In this document: positions 47,692 through 62,339 of the stretch, in pieces
How the letters are laid out: each line of letters opens with the position of its first letter
Numbering within the stretch: the stretch's first letter is position 1
Origin: Stegostoma tigrinum
Taxonomy: Eukaryota
DNA length: 64,000 nucleotides
NCBI RefSeq assembly: GCF_030684315.1
Contig: NC_081383.1
Location: 36,148,180 to 36,212,179 of the forward strand
Direction: 5' to 3'
Notes under the pieces: model-generated
Seen by the model: only the letters and a program-made list of their open reading frames with translations
Databases searched by the model: none
What the model was told of the DNA's origin: nothing
Program-made: the position numbers and the translations under genes

Positions 47692-47987
47692 ATCATAGAA
47701 TCCTTACAGTGTGGAAGCAAGGCATTCGGCCCATCGAGTCAACACTAATCGAACAGCATCCCACCCAGAGCCACCTCCATATGCTATCCTTGAACCCTGC
47801 ATTTCCCACAGCCGATCCACTTAGCCTGCACACCTTTGGACTTTGAGAAGAAACCTGAGCATTCAGACGAAATCCAGAAAATCACGGGAGAACATGCAAA
47901 CTTCACACAACAGTCACCCGAAAGTGAAATTGAATCTAGGTTCGTCGTGCTGAGGCAGCAGTGCTAACCACTCAATCACTGTGCCGT
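47692..47987 (-). mobile_element. HE1-type V-SINE
   Basis: Minus strand cggcacagtgattgagtggttagcactgctgcctca...gtgtgaagtttgcatgttctcccg. Confidence 0.85.
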
Positions 47988-48119
47988 TTTTAGGTTTTCC
48001 TCCAATTTCAAAGGATCTTCAAACATAAGGTCAAATGCATTACTGGAGAGAGCCCCATTGGTGTATCTTAAAGTTTGAATACTCACTAAAAGCTTTAATT
48101 TATAAACTAAGAGATTTTA

Positions 48120-49177
48120 TCTTGTGGCTTGAAGATAGGAGACAGAGGGTGATGGTAGAAGCTTGTTTTTCAGACTGGAGGCCTGTGACCAGCGGTAGAT
48201 CGGTGCTGGATTCACTGCTTTTTGTGAACGTATATAAATGATTTGGATGTGAACACAGGAGCAATGGTTAGTAAGTTTTGTAGATGACACCAAAGTTGGT
48301 GGTGTAGTGGAGTGAAGAAGCTTATCTCAGTATACAACAGGACATTGATCAGCTATGCTGGGGAGTGGCAGATGGAGTTTAATTTAGACAAATGTTAAGT
48401 GCTGTGTTTTGGTAAAGCAAATCAGGGTAGTACTTATATGCTTAATGGTAGGGTGCTGGGTGTGTTGTCAAACGAAGAGATCTTGGGCAGCAGGTTCGTA
48501 GCTCCTTGAAGGTGAAGTCACAGGTAAACATGGTAATGAAGGCAGCATTTTTTACAATTGTCTTTATTGATTAGTGTGTTGACTATAGGAGTTAGAACAT
48601 CATATTGCAGCTGTACAGGGCATTGATTAGGTCACTTTTGGAGAACTGCATGCAATTCTGGTTTTCCTGTTGCGGGAAAGATGTTGTGAAACTTGAAAGG
48701 GTTCAGAAAACATTTACAAGGATGCTGCCAGGGTTGGACAGTTTGAACTGTAGAGAGAGGCTAAACAGCCAATGACTATTTTCCCCGGAGCATCGGAGGC
48801 TGAGGGGTGACCTTATAGAGGTTTATAAAATCATGAAGGGCATGAATAGGCTGAATAGCCAAGGTCTTTTTCCTAGAGTTGAGGAGTCCAAAACCAGGAC
48901 GGCACAGATTTAGGTTGAGAGGGGAAACACAGAAAAGGGACCTAAGGGATAATCTTTTCAAGCAGAGCATGATGCACATATGGAATAAGCTGCCAGAGGA
49001 AGTAGAGGCTGGTAAAATTACAACATTTAAAAGGCATCTGGATGGGTACCTGAACAGGAAAGGCTTGGAAGGATATGGGCTGAATGTTGGCAAATGGGAC
49101 TAGATTAATTTAGGATATCTGGTCAACATTGATGAGTTGGACCAAATGGTGTGTTTCCGTGTTGTACAACTCTGACT
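48120..49177 (+). mobile_element. CR1 LINE, 3' ~1 kb (RT C-terminus + tail)
   Basis: WLEDRRQRVMVEACFSDWRPVTSG, DDTK, WQMEFNLDKC, LERVQK, LRGDLIEVYKIMKG, WNKLPEEVEAG, TFKRHLDGYLN. Confidence 0.92.
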
Positions 49178-49465
49178 TAATGAATCAGCGGCGAAATTTT
49201 TTACAACAGATTGATAGCCAAATACTTGAGCACCATGACAGATCAGTCGATGAACATCATCCAGCATGGAATTAAGCAGAGATTGGTATAATGTGTGACT
49301 AACATATTGATCTCAGTGAGGGGAGCAGCAGCTTGCTTGTACTGGTTTCATCTGTGAGCTAGGGTAAAGGACATAACACATACTGAACAGTGCAAATCAA
49401 CAACTTTCTTTTTGGGTGTAAGAAAATATTAAACATTGATATACTGAGAAACATTCATTAAGTTA

Positions 49466-49591
<126 letters not shown>

Positions 49592-52129
49592 TTAAAAGTG
49601 AGCATTTGGTCAGCAACATTGCAACTCCCTGGTAGGAAAAACTGTTATTTTATCATATGCTATTTCAGTTTAAACTATAATGTAAGCCTAAAGTTTTGTT
49701 GGCTATGTTAAGCAAAAGCAACTGCTTGTGTAAATAGGTGCGGAAATAAAGTATTGTTAGTTACGTGATTTCTGAAGGCCATTTATCCCCGTGGTATTCT
49801 GTTATCAAAGCATATCTTGCAGAAGACCCCAAACTAAAAATACAGCTCCAGTTTAACTTAAAGCAACAACTGAGTCACACGCAAGAGCCATATTACCAGA
49901 ATGGAAGTCTTTCATGCAATGCCAGAACTTCTTTAAAAAGCCAAAATGCTGTTGACCAATAGTTGAATGATAACATAACGCCTGCTCCCTCAAAATCCAC
50001 TATGCAAATTTTTATCTTGCCAACTTGCACAGCATATAAATTGCACTGTGATAAGAACCAGTAATATAAGACTGCGCATTGCGCCAGATTAAGACAAACG
50101 TGTTTAGTAGTTAACCAATTTAATATTAAAACAAACTGCAGAAAACAGCCAGTTAAGGAGAAAAGTATTGATATATAGTTTATTCATCGCGCATTTATAA
50201 GAAAGAAACTGGCTCTTGCATTAAACTCCAAAATGCCACATTATCCTGAAATTTAAATTATTTAATTATTGGAACTAACATCTTACTAATGACCTTTCCA
50301 AAATTAGGTACATTTTATATACATTATAGGCATTGCTAAGTATAAGAGATTTTCCGTTTTCATTTCAGATTTATTTCAACATTTGTAGAATTGAATTTAT
50401 AAAAATGTTCATGCAGCAGCTGAGTATTATTCTGAACCTCCTTTCCATCAGTTTCTATCAAAGAATTGAATACTATTTTCTCTTAGCTATTAAGATTCCA
50501 TTTTACACTTCCTAGGTCCAGCTCATAGTAACCTTTGTGGAGGCTTGGATGAATACTTGTCCCATTCCTGGCCAAATGAAAGAAAAAGAAAAGGATGGAG
50601 GTTCATTATATCTGGTAGGCAGTCTAGAGTCACCACAAAAGGAACAGTGACTACTGAAAAAGAAGAACTAACAACCCAACAGAAAGGGCTACTTGTTATC
50701 TTATTTTGGGAGCAAATTTAAACAGAAGACAACTATCTAACAAATGCAAAACAAAAAGGAACAAGCACACTTTATGCACTGCTGGAATTAAACAAACTGC
50801 ATTTATAAAACCTCCATTTTAATTTAGAAATTTACTGTGAAATCGCATATGTTTGATCACAGATCACTAATAAATTGAGAAAATCACAAAGAAATGAATG
50901 AAACAGGTGTGATGCTCTGACCTCAAGTCAAAAACCTGGATGGTTCAAAGGAGTGGTGCATTGCTTGCTCTGGCACTAAACACAACTCCTCTCCTCTGTG
51001 CTATCTTATCTGCAACCCTACTCCAAACTTCGGACGGCTCTATTCAGTCGTAACTAAAGCTTACAACAGCCGTTTTCTTATAATCCTATCCTGCACTTTC
51101 TCCACCCCACCAAATCACAGAAACAAACTTTAGGTCTGATACGAACAGACTTCACCGTGATCTCTGTTGTTCCCTCTCCCAATGGCTCAACAATCCAGCA
51201 AATGTCTCCTTATATTCAAAAGTGATGAGTGGTCAACTAGATTACCCTGTGTCAAAGACTTTTTGCCATTGTTGCCTTGGCTTCATACACCCTATAATTT
51301 TTATTTGTTCTACACTAATTTATCTACTTCAGTACTAAGACTTATTGAAACTTGTGTGCTAATCCACTGTTCCGTTTAGGTAGGAACACCATAACAGCAA
51401 ATTTCAGATATAGATATTTACAGTGAAACTATAATTGCAGTTTTTTTAAAAGGCAAACCCACACTGCAATTCAACATAGTACTGATTTTAAATTATCAAG
51501 CATACTGGTCTTAATAAAACAAAGGTTTAAAATGTTAATTAGTTTTGCAATATACATAGATTGAAAACTTAAAGTGCTCAATGGCTTTTTTTGGCTTGGA
51601 AAGTTATGAGTAAAACATGCATTGGCTTTGAAATATCTTTTAACTGGAAAGAGGACAACATCAAACAACAAATAAGTTAATGCCTTAACCAGGCAGTGTT
51701 AGACATCACAGTACATCCAATGAGATGAGAAAGAGAGTAGGAAGCAAAGAAAGATGTGAGAGGAAAAGTAGTAATCTGGCATTTTTTGCAATCTCAAAAT
51801 AAATGAAAGTCAGCTTCGCATTCGACTTGGATTTTCAAACCTTGTCACTATATTCGTGTAATCTAGGATTAGAGTTGCCAGTTCCCTCTTCCCTATTCAC
51901 ATCATTGATCACAGGGCTGCTTTCCTGACAGTGGAAGCATCCCTAACTCTGAACCAAGAGGCCATGGTTCAAACCCCACTTGACTAGAGCTGTGTAATAT
52001 AATGTCTGAACAGGTTTATTAGAAAATATCTAGAACACAAGGGCCAGAATAGACTCCTGAAGGCCCAAATGAAGAAGGTCCTCTGTGGGTCCTCAATAAC
52101 ACAAATTCCGGTTTTCAACCAATTCAACT

Positions 52130-54240
52130 GCCTTCAAATGTCATCGTGAAATAGTTGAATAATTACAGATATTGTAAAGACTACAGGTCCTGACAATATT
52201 CTATTATTAGTACTTAAGACTTCTGCTTTAGAATTAGCTGGGTTCCTAGCGATACTGCCCCAGTACAATTACAACACTGGTATCCATCTGAAGATGTGAA
52301 AAATTGCTCAAATACGTCCTGTGCACAAAAAGCAAGATAAGTCCAACTGGGTCAACTTTAACCCAATCAATTTACTCTTGATTATTAGCAAAGTGATGGA
52401 AGAGGTCGTAAGAACATAAGAAATAGGTCAGCTGGACCCTCAATAGGATCATGCCTGATCTGACATCCTGCATATTCACTTTCCCAAATTTCCCATTAAC
52501 CCTTTATTCCGTAACTGATTAAGAACTTACATAAAACGGCCTTAAATATACACAAGGATTCTGCTGCCACAGTTCTCTGTGGCAAAGAGTTCTGAAATCA
52601 CTCAACTCCCTCAGAGAAAAATTCTCACCTAAGTCTTAAATTGCCCAGTGGTCCTAGATTCTCCCACGACAGGAAAGGATCACTTCTCAACTTTACCCTG
52701 TAAAGCCTCTTAAGAATCCTACATATTTCAATGAGATCACCTCTCATTCCTCTAAACTGCAGTGAGTACGGTCCTAACCCATTTAACTAATGTTCATAAG
52801 ATAATCTTTTCATACCAGAGATCATCCTCACAAACGGTCTCTGAACTGCCACCAGTAGAATGATATCTTCCTTAAATAAGGGGACCTAAACTGCTCTCAG
52901 TACTCTAGCTGTGGTCTCACCAGCATCTTGTACAGTTTTAGTAAGCCTTCTGTACTCATACTCCAAATTCCTTGAAATGAGGCCAACGTTCTATTAGCCT
53001 TCGTGATTACCTGTTGCACCTGTGCGTTAGCTATGTTTCACGCACAATTCTATGTTGCAGCTTTCTGTAGTTTTTCTCCGTTTAAAAAATATATTGTTCT
53101 TTTGTTCTCCCTTCCAAAATGAACAATTTCATATTTTTGAACACCACATCCCATTTGCTGACTTTTTTTAAAATCCACTTGCTTATCCGATTGATATCTT
53201 TTTGTAAACTGTATCATTGTCATACCTGCTTTTCCAGCTATTTTTGCACTTTCCGCAAATCTGGCTACATTACATTCATTCCCTTCCTCCAACTCATTAA
53301 TTCACATTATAAACAGTTGCAGTCCCAGCACTGATCTCTGTGACCCCCACCGGGCACAGTTCACTATCCTGAGGATACCTTATCTCACTCACTGTTTCCT
53401 GTTTATGAGCCAATTCACTATTCATGCCAATATATCACCTCCAAAACTGTATGGTCACATCTTTTGAACAACAGTTATGAACAGTGCTATCAAATGGCAC
53501 TTCCAAAGGAGTGAAGTGGTTATTGACACACGGTTTATTTTCTCCTAAGGCGACTTGGCTCCTGACTTCATTTCAAACATAAACAAAAGAGCTGAACTTG
53601 AGAGGGGAGGCAGGAGTGACTAACCGTGACATCAAGCAGCCCTGGTATTACTGGAGTGAATGGGAATGGGGACAACTCTCTTTTCATTGTAATGATACCT
53701 AGCACAAATTACACTGGTTGTGGTTGGTGGAAGTAAATCATCTCAATCGCAGGACATGACTGCAGGAGTTCCTCAGGGTAGATATTTTCTTAATTAACAA
53801 TCTCAAGCTCCCACCCAACATCTCTGGAGGTTGGGGTGGGAGCTTGAATCTGAGCCTCCTGGCTGAGAGGCAGGGACTCTACTACTGAACAATAGGAGCC
53901 CTCAGTTCCTCTGGGTATTGTCCAAGGTCCAACTATCTTCAGTTGCTTCCCCTATGACTGTCCTCCATGATAAAGTCAGAAGTGGGTTGTTTGCTGTTGG
54001 TTACATCATGTCCAGTGCCACTTGCGACTCTTCAGATGCTGAAGTAGCCTGTGTCCATTTCCATGGAAAAAGGAGTGTTGTGATTACTAAATCCTTCGCC
54101 ATCAAAATTCTATTATAACCACTGGCCAGAAGCTGAAATGAGCCAACAGAATAAATATCACGTCTACAAAAGCGGATCAGAGGCATGAATACTGCAGTGA
54201 GTAACTCGTCTTAGTTCCCCAATGCCTGTTCATTGTTATG
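52130..54240 (+). mobile_element. L2-clade LINE ORF2 relic, interrupted by a CR1 and a SINE head
   Basis: GPDNI..LK, PVHKKQDKSN..NFNPINLLLIISKVME (52180-52405); resumes ~53480 with GVPQG and later FAV..IM remnants. Confidence 0.75.
52410..53465 (-). mobile_element. CR1 LINE 3' ~1 kb
   Basis: Begins aagaacataagaaatagg; the minus strand gives ARFAESAKI (KFADDTK-like) and KYEIVHFGREN. Confidence 0.85.
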
Positions 54241-55379
54241 GCAGAGATAGACAGCTGAACTAAATCAGATTTTCAATCTCTATATTTGCAACAGTAAAAT
54301 CTAAACCTTCAAAAATCCTCAAAATTGACCACAACAGTTGCTAACCAGACTTTTTAAATAATTAATCACTGGCGCTGCAAATAATCAATGCTGCACTGGT
54401 CTATAGCTTAAACGAAAGACTTAGCAACTTACTAAGGACAAAAAATTAAGTTTTGCAAAGCAAAGTTAAACAAAATAAGCTAATTCATGCCTTTGCTTAA
54501 ACTCAATAACCTTGGGGTTTTCAGCCCCAATCATGCAAGACAACCAAACACAATTAAGTGATTAAATAAGTGAAATAAAAAAACTGGCCAGATTATCAAG
54601 CGATACTCATGATGCATTATTCACTGGCATGGATGATTGCTTCATGGCTGATTTTCTGAATGTCAATCAGGGCCACCTGCTCACTGCACTCATAGCAAAT
54701 CAGTAACAGTTGTAATGTAGTTCCTATTCTTTGAACTTCCAATAGTTGATAAACAGGAAATTAGGCAGGGAGCTTTCAAATCTTCAGTTGCAACAATAGC
54801 CAAACCCCTGTCCTCAGAAAATATAGTCCAAAATCTAGTTCAAAATTACGGCCTCTGTCAGACTGACATTCTCCCCACGAGTTACCAGTTACCATTCAAC
54901 ATCTGCCATCTGCTAAAGCATAAAGTCTCTCTTGGACTTGCTGAAATCAATTCCTAGGCAATGGCCTCATTTATACACAACATCGAGTATCTGTTTAAAC
55001 ATACTGCTCCACCCAATGTTGAAGAATCTGTGGAACCTTTTGATCAAGAACCTACCTGCAGTTTATTACCAGGCCTGGCTTTATTACAAACTACAGCTTG
55101 TCTGTTTAGGGTTTTGTTAACACAAGCTGTTGCCCACAATGAAAAGGTCATTTTTAGTTCTCAGTAAAATTAAAATAATGAAACATCAGCAAGTGTTCTA
55201 ACATGATCATTGACAGGGCATATGTAGGAGTGTGAAAGAAGACTCTCCATTTGCCTGAATGAATGCAGCTTGAACAGCTCCACGAGTTTGCCATCATTCT
55301 GAACACAGCAACCTGTCTGATTGCCAACCCACCCATATCTTGAACATTCACTCCCTTCACTACTAATGCACAGTGAGAC

Positions 55380-55690
55380 CAGCATGCACCATCTAAAAGA
55401 TGAACTCCAGCAATTTATTAATGATCCTTCCAAACTGCAACTTCTACCATGCAGAAGAATAAATACAGCAGATGCACAAGAACACCAGCAGCTGCAAGTT
55501 TCTTTTTAAGACCTAACTTGGAACTCAATTCCTGTTCCTTCACTGTCACTGGGTCAAAATCCTGCAACTCTGCACCTAATTGTAATGTGGCTCAAGAAGG
55601 CAACTCACCACTACTTTCTCCAAGAAAATGATAGTCTGCAATATACTGGCCTTGCCAGCAATCCCCACATTTGCTTCAATGAATCATAAC
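55380..55690 (+). mobile_element. L2-clade LINE 3' end
   Basis: ttccttcactgtcactgggtcaaaatcctg...ctggccttgccagcaatccccacat tail. Confidence 0.7.
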
Positions 55691-55912
55691 AACAGTAATT
55701 CAATGTAGAACAAAGATGGCACCTACCTATTTAAATGGACTAGATCATCCTTATACTGTATTTACTAAGTGAACAAACCAGAAGTTTAACTGTGAAATTT
55801 TTAAATGGATGAAAACATAGGATGGCTATTAGGATAATGTGATGGAAAATGACATGATGTGTATAAGGGATCAATTCACTTTTGCTGGTAACTACTTAGG
55901 CATTTTAGTTCA

Positions 55913-56070
55913 GTGTGGAGCTGGAGGACCATAGCAGGTCAGGCAATTCTGAAGTCGGGTCCCAACTCATAACATTAACTTTCCTACTCCTCTGATGCAG
56001 CCTGACCTACTGTGTTCCCCCATCTGCACACTGTGTTATCTCTGATTCTAGCATCAGTAGTTCTTACTGT
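55913..56070 (+). mobile_element. Penelope-derived hairpin mini-element (old, family A-related)
   Basis: gtgtggagctggaggaccatagcaggtcaggc inverted to gcctgacctactgtgttccccca; arm begins ttctgaag. Confidence 0.65.
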
Positions 56071-56719
56071 ACCTGTGCACTTCAGTATCAATTTTGCTGC
56101 CTAACGCTTCATACTGGGATGAAGTTACTGCATCCACTGAAAGGCAAGAATGGATCAACACCATATACTTCTAACACACCAATGACAGAAGCTGTCAATT
56201 TCTTTTTACCAGCAAATAAGTGATCCAAACAGATTCTTTACTGGAGCTGCATTTAAAAAACTGTGGATTGAGGAGAATTGTGCTGCATGGATCAAAATTA
56301 TGATCCGAAAGAAATCTATCCTATTGATGAGTTCTATCTGCAGTGCTAGGTTCTCAAATGCTTAAATAAAGTGAATATATTAGCAATGGTCAAAGGAAGC
56401 AAAGATGAGTGATCTCTTCTGCAGTGAGCTCACTTGCAGTATGAGCCTGGGAGGGCTGGAAGGGAAATAGAAGTGACTTCAATACAAAATATCTTTCCCC
56501 TTCCTGATGCCAGAAGATCAAACTTAGGATCCATGCCTGTATCAAACAACTGAAGATTAAAACTACTGTCAATGAGACAAAATTGTTTTAAACGATGATG
56601 CATTGAAATAGTGTATCTATAAGAGAAAAAAGCAAGGTATTAATTTCAACATGTTAAAAAATAATCAATTGCCTTTGAGGATCAACAGATTAAGCATGAA
56701 AGATACTGTAAGCATTATA

Positions 56720-56850
56720 GTACAAGTGATTTCTATCCGGGGGATCTCCTATAATGCATGTTCTGGCAACGTGAATTCGCTATAATGCGCTTGACGAATA
56801 GGAGAATGTTATTTCTAAAATGCAAACTTACGTTGGCTATAACACATTAT
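56720..56850. mobile_element. Possible Tc1/mariner (Tigger-like) MITE fragment
   Basis: Repeated ctataatgc / gctataac motifs typical of these MITE ends. Confidence 0.4.
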
Positions 56851-57309
56851 TTAAATGAGCTGCATTTTTAAAATAAATTAATGAACACCAATGCTAAATT
56901 GCTGGTATAAGTTAAAAATGAAATATAGTTTAATATGAGTGCTGTTAAAACATGCACCTTCTGGTGTAGCATTTTTGCCTAGATTTTGAACTTGCGCCTG
57001 TAAATCATTTATACCAAAAGTTGTCTAATTACAGCCTACTCTTTTCCAGCACTATTTTGACTACAATGTTACTCAGGTTTATAACACATTTTAATCCTGC
57101 AACTAACTTCAATATCAATGGGCTACGAAGGAAAGAAAGGTCAGATTCCTCTGCTTCACTTATCTGAAACTCTGCGCTGATGGAATGTCAGGTCAGATCA
57201 GCATTTAAATGGAGGAGGGGATTTTACTAAAAATTGCCGACATATCAATTTTGGTGAAGTTTTGGTGAGGGTTGCTGACTGTGGTCTCTATCTCACACAA
57301 TTTCATAAT

Positions 57310-57935
57310 GCTCACCATCACCGACTAGAAAGTAAACTAGACTAGCCATATATATGGTCAGATGCAGGAAACGTTCAGTGCATAACTCACTTGATTCCTC
57401 AAAGCCATATATAAGACAGAAGTTAGGAGTGTGATGGAATACTCCTCACTTTCCTGGGTGAGTGCTGCTCCAACAACACTCAAGATGTTTGACACCATAC
57501 AGAGAAAAGCAGCCAGATTTACTGGCACCACATCCATACATATTCTCTCCCTCTACCACCAATGCTCAGTAACAGCAGTGTGTACCAACTACAGGATGCA
57601 CTGCAAAAAATCAACTAGGTTCCCCGAGTAGCAACTTCCAAATATATGACCTCTACTATCTAGAGGGGCGAAGGTAGCAGATCTATGGGAACATCACCAC
57701 CTACATTTCTGTGCCAAACTGCTTACCATCTTGACATGACAAATCATTGCCATTCCTTCAGTGTCACTGAGTCAAAATCCTGGAACTCCCTCCCTAATTG
57801 CATTGTGGGTCTACTGACACCAAATGAGCTGCAGCAGTTCAAGAAAACAACACAACTACATGCTCAAGGGCACTAAGGAATGGGCAATAAATGTTGGCCC
57901 AGCAGTCACACCCATGTCCATCAGTGAATTTTTAA
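57310..57935 (+). mobile_element. L2-clade LINE 3' end
   Basis: VRSVMEYSSLSWVSAAPTTLKMFDTIQRKAARF, SWNSLP, tail gggcaataaatgttggcccagcag...cccatgtcc. Confidence 0.85.
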
Positions 57936-60484
57936 GAAGTTCTATTTTTTGTTAAATTGAATGAATTTATATGTGGGTAATGCTAGAATAGGTACCCAAT
58001 CTCCTCAAAAGAATAATGGAGACAGCATCTACTAGAGATATCGAGAGAACACAAAATGCTGATTAAAAAGTACTGCTATAGAGACAGGGCAGGGAGAGAA
58101 CCCTGTAAAGACTGTGTGTATTTAAAAACTGGACAGAAATGAGACAGAACTATTTTGAAACACAGGGATTTATATTATGACTGCTTGTATTAAAAGTAAG
58201 GCATTTAATATCTTTTATGAACCCTGTTTGAAAAGCTGTAGGTTCCAGCAACGTGCAGACAAACTGAAGCTGAGGGGTTGTTTGCAAGTGAGGCTGAATG
58301 ATAACTGGTCTCTAGTCCACAACCATGGATAAAAAGATACTGTTGGCCATCAACAGGGTAGCTATTCGTCGGTTAGCCAAACAGCTAGGCCCAAGAGCAA
58401 GAGGGAGCAAGACTAATTCAGAGCAGGAGAAAAATCAGCAAATCTGCAGCAGCCAAAAACGCTCATTTCTCAGCAGTAAGCCACTTTAAGCCAGAAGAAA
58501 ACCAGCTTATCTTTCCTTCAGCTGATGCTGCAAGCTGTGATTTTAATTGGATAAGTCAGAGACATTTCAGAAGCCACACTGTGCCTCTTACAAAGCAGAA
58601 AAACATTCAGAAAAAGGAAAGTTGAGAAGAAACATGAGCAAGAATCAACCACCAGATCCTGCAAACAAAGATGATAGAACTTCTCTCGGTATAGAAACTT
58701 GGTCAATGCCTTCTGTCAGCATGGTCTCAAAATTGTGCAATTTGGTGATTTTGCACATACGTTTTAAAAAACTTCCTTACCTCCTCCTGTTGGGGGTGGT
58801 GGGTGGGGTTGAGTCCAGCACAATGAGGAATTATCTTAAAATCAGAACTTAAGTAGTCAGTAGCAGTCAAGAAGCTGAGAATTTTCAGTTCTGCTTCCAC
58901 CATGGGATAGCGAAGTCTTTGAATATCAATGCGCTAATTCGTGGTTACCAATGTAGAACCAGAGCTGGCGCTTAAATAGAGCCAAAATGCTTCATGCAAA
59001 AGTCTTAAATTAATTTGTAAGCATCAATGAGAGTTTATGGAAGTGGAGTTGAGGCTGAGAAAAGATCAGCCACGATCATACAACAGAGAAGAGGAAGCTC
59101 AAGGGGCTGAATTGTCTCCTCCTGTCTATTATGTTCTTATGAATTACAATTAGAATTGTCCTACGAATTAGAAGTTTCAATAGTCCACTTTGTACTCTCA
59201 ATTACTTAAACTAACTTAGTGATAATTATGCTAATTAACAAGCGTTGTTTTTAAAAATCAATCTGTCCAAACATGTCATGATGCACTCTGGAGCAGGTAA
59301 GATTTGAACCAGGCTCACTGACCCAGATGTGGGGACACTACCAGTGTGCCACAAAAATATTTCCATGTGGTATTTGTGTTGAGTTCAGTTTATACCAAAC
59401 AACAAAAATCTTTGTTGCTCTGTGTAGCTCAGTTTCAAACAGACAAGGTAAAATTTCCAAAATTTTAACTATTATATAATGTCTCTCATTCAGATTTACA
59501 TTTACATCAAATGAAACACAGTTTAGGACATATACAAGATAAAATGACACCAAAACTTTTAACTAGTATACTTGCAAAACATATAAAAAGTCCAAGTCTT
59601 TCTGATTTTAAACTTGACATAAGCAAAAGCATAACATTCTATAATAGACACTTTGGCATGCATATCCTTCACATGTTATCACTGTAAAGTTATTTTTCTC
59701 GGACTCTCTTTTCTAGACTGTGCGTAATATTCTGTCACAGGAGTACAACTTAGCCTCAAGATATTGGTATAACATGCAATAACAAAGATTTGGAGCTACG
59801 TTTAGCTGATGCATTTTGTCTGGGCAACTGGATAACCTAAATTTCCAAAATCTAATACATTGCCAAGTAACACATGGCAATTGTTTTCTTGGACATAATT
59901 AGAGATTTTGATGACTGTCATGACAACAGATCATAACCGCACACTATTTAGAGATATTGAACTTTTAAGAACTTCTTTTATAAAAAGAACAACACACAAG
60001 CCAAACAAAACGGTGAGAATTTAAATTCAGTGGCTTTCTGCGTCGATGTCCCTGTGTCCTGAAAATAATCATATAATGTTGCACTGAAGAGAGTCAAAGG
60101 AACTTCAGACTGATACTTCGAAGGGAGAGATGAAATTTGAAAAAGTGAACTGTGATCTCCTATGGTTGAGTCCCACACTGTGAGCAAGATAACTGTCGGA
60201 AGAATGGCAGATTCTGGCCACTTCTATGAATGCACAGTAAGGAACTTAACAAAACTATGACTTTGGCCTCTTGTGCACTAGAAAGTTGGTGTGCCAACTT
60301 AAATTCAAGTTCCATCTTGCTGAGGTGTGCCATGAAAAGTCACAGCTGAGAATTGCAATTAGACCACCTGCATATGCAGGTAAAGAGAAACAATTCCTCA
60401 CTGATCACTGAAAACAAGTGAACAGCGCAATTAATGGAAAATCAACAAATTTCTTTCAGTTAACTGAAGAACCAAGAACCCCAC

Positions 60485-60610
60485 ATGAACAGGAAGGGTT
60501 TAGAAGGATATGAGCCAAATGCTGGTAAATGGGACTAGATTAATTTAGGACATCTGGTTGGCATGGAAAAGTTGGACCGAAGGGTCTGTTTCCATGCTGT
60601 ACGTCTCTAA
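60485..60610 (+). mobile_element. CR1 3' tail
   Basis: aggaagggtttagaaggatatgagccaaatgctgg...ttggaccgaagggtctgtttccatgctgt. Confidence 0.85.
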
Positions 60611-61441
60611 CTGTTCAACTGCCAAAGTCAGTGCTACCAGAATTAAGTCACCTTAATAGCTTCAACATGTCACAATTTGTCACAAATAAGCCAAAGATTG
60701 ATATGTAATCTTTTTTAACTCTTACTTCTTGGGCTTACATCTCATTTTTAATCTGTACATGTCACATCTTACTTTATTTCCACATGTTTCAATACCTCAA
60801 ACTCACTTCTTTTAACTCAAGAAAGCCTGGTTTAATCGGCTCCTTTCCAAAAAACGAAAGGACAAATTTCTACTTTGGCTGGGAAAAGGTATCCACCAGG
60901 TAAGGGTCTCTTCTTACAGTCAACTTTGTTGTGTCCCGCTGTGGGAGGTTGAGTAAAGATCGGGACCCAGTTCGCTTCTCCTCACATAAAAGCTTAACCA
61001 TTTACGGCACCCAATCCAAAACTGTAAAGAATTGAGAACTCTCACCTAGGGACCAATTGTAACATGACATTTCCTTACTTCTACATTTTAAGATCATCAA
61101 CTCTTGTTTGTCAGATAACAACACCCATCTTAGCAAAAAGGCAACTTTTTAAAAACAAACAGAACTGAACTGCATTAAATAGAATTGCATTGCGCAACAA
61201 CTATACGCTGCAAGAAAGCGAGCCAGCGGTAAGCTCTCGAAAACCGTTCTTGAAATGTTTATGGCAGCAGATCAATTAATGATCTTCCCATCTTTGATTA
61301 GATTTGACTTTGTTAAAATATTCCAGAAACTGACTCTTAGGTCATGGAAATTCAGAAGAAAAATAGCCTAACTGGCTTTCAAAATTTGTGTAAAAATCTT
61401 ATTCCACGGCAAAAAGCAACAACGGCTATAGCTTCAGTTTA

Positions 61442-61675
<234 letters not shown>

Positions 61676-62339
61676 TCACCTGTGTAAAAAAAAGCATGCA
61701 AATGTACCACATGGTCCGGGAAACAGACAGTCTACAAACCAACACTCTTAGAATCAGTGAACAGGAACCACAAACAACAGTGCAATGGTGCGTAACAAGC
61801 CTGCGATTGTATGTGTTGAACTTAATTTAAATTACAGTTAATGCTCTGTATCTGAGAGATCACTACTCATGAATTCGCCTAGCTGCACCAAAAGGTAACA
61901 AAATTCTAACATCTGCAGACAAAACTTGCTTATCTACAATTTTTAACCTGAGCTCTGCACTTGTAAATTTTACCATGAGCGGGGATTCTCAGGAATGGAA
62001 CCCTCATGCATACAGAGGAATGCATTTTCTATTCAACCTGTTGAGATGTTATTATACGCCTCTGGAACAGGAGGGGCTCAAATCTCCTGGTGATGTCAGA
62101 ACTTTGTGTCAAAAAACTCTGGTCCCATCATGATTAAAACTCCAAGGAGAACATTTTGTAACAAAATGCATTTTAGCATTATATTAACTATTAATTAAAA
62201 TTACTACACGTCCAACTCCTTTCAGGATAGTCTTAAGACTTCCTCCTTTTTCCTTGCAAACAGTCCACAGCAGTTCCCATCCACCACCAGCCCCTTTGCC
62301 TAGCTGAACGCTTGCTTATTTTGAAGAACTACTTCTTTA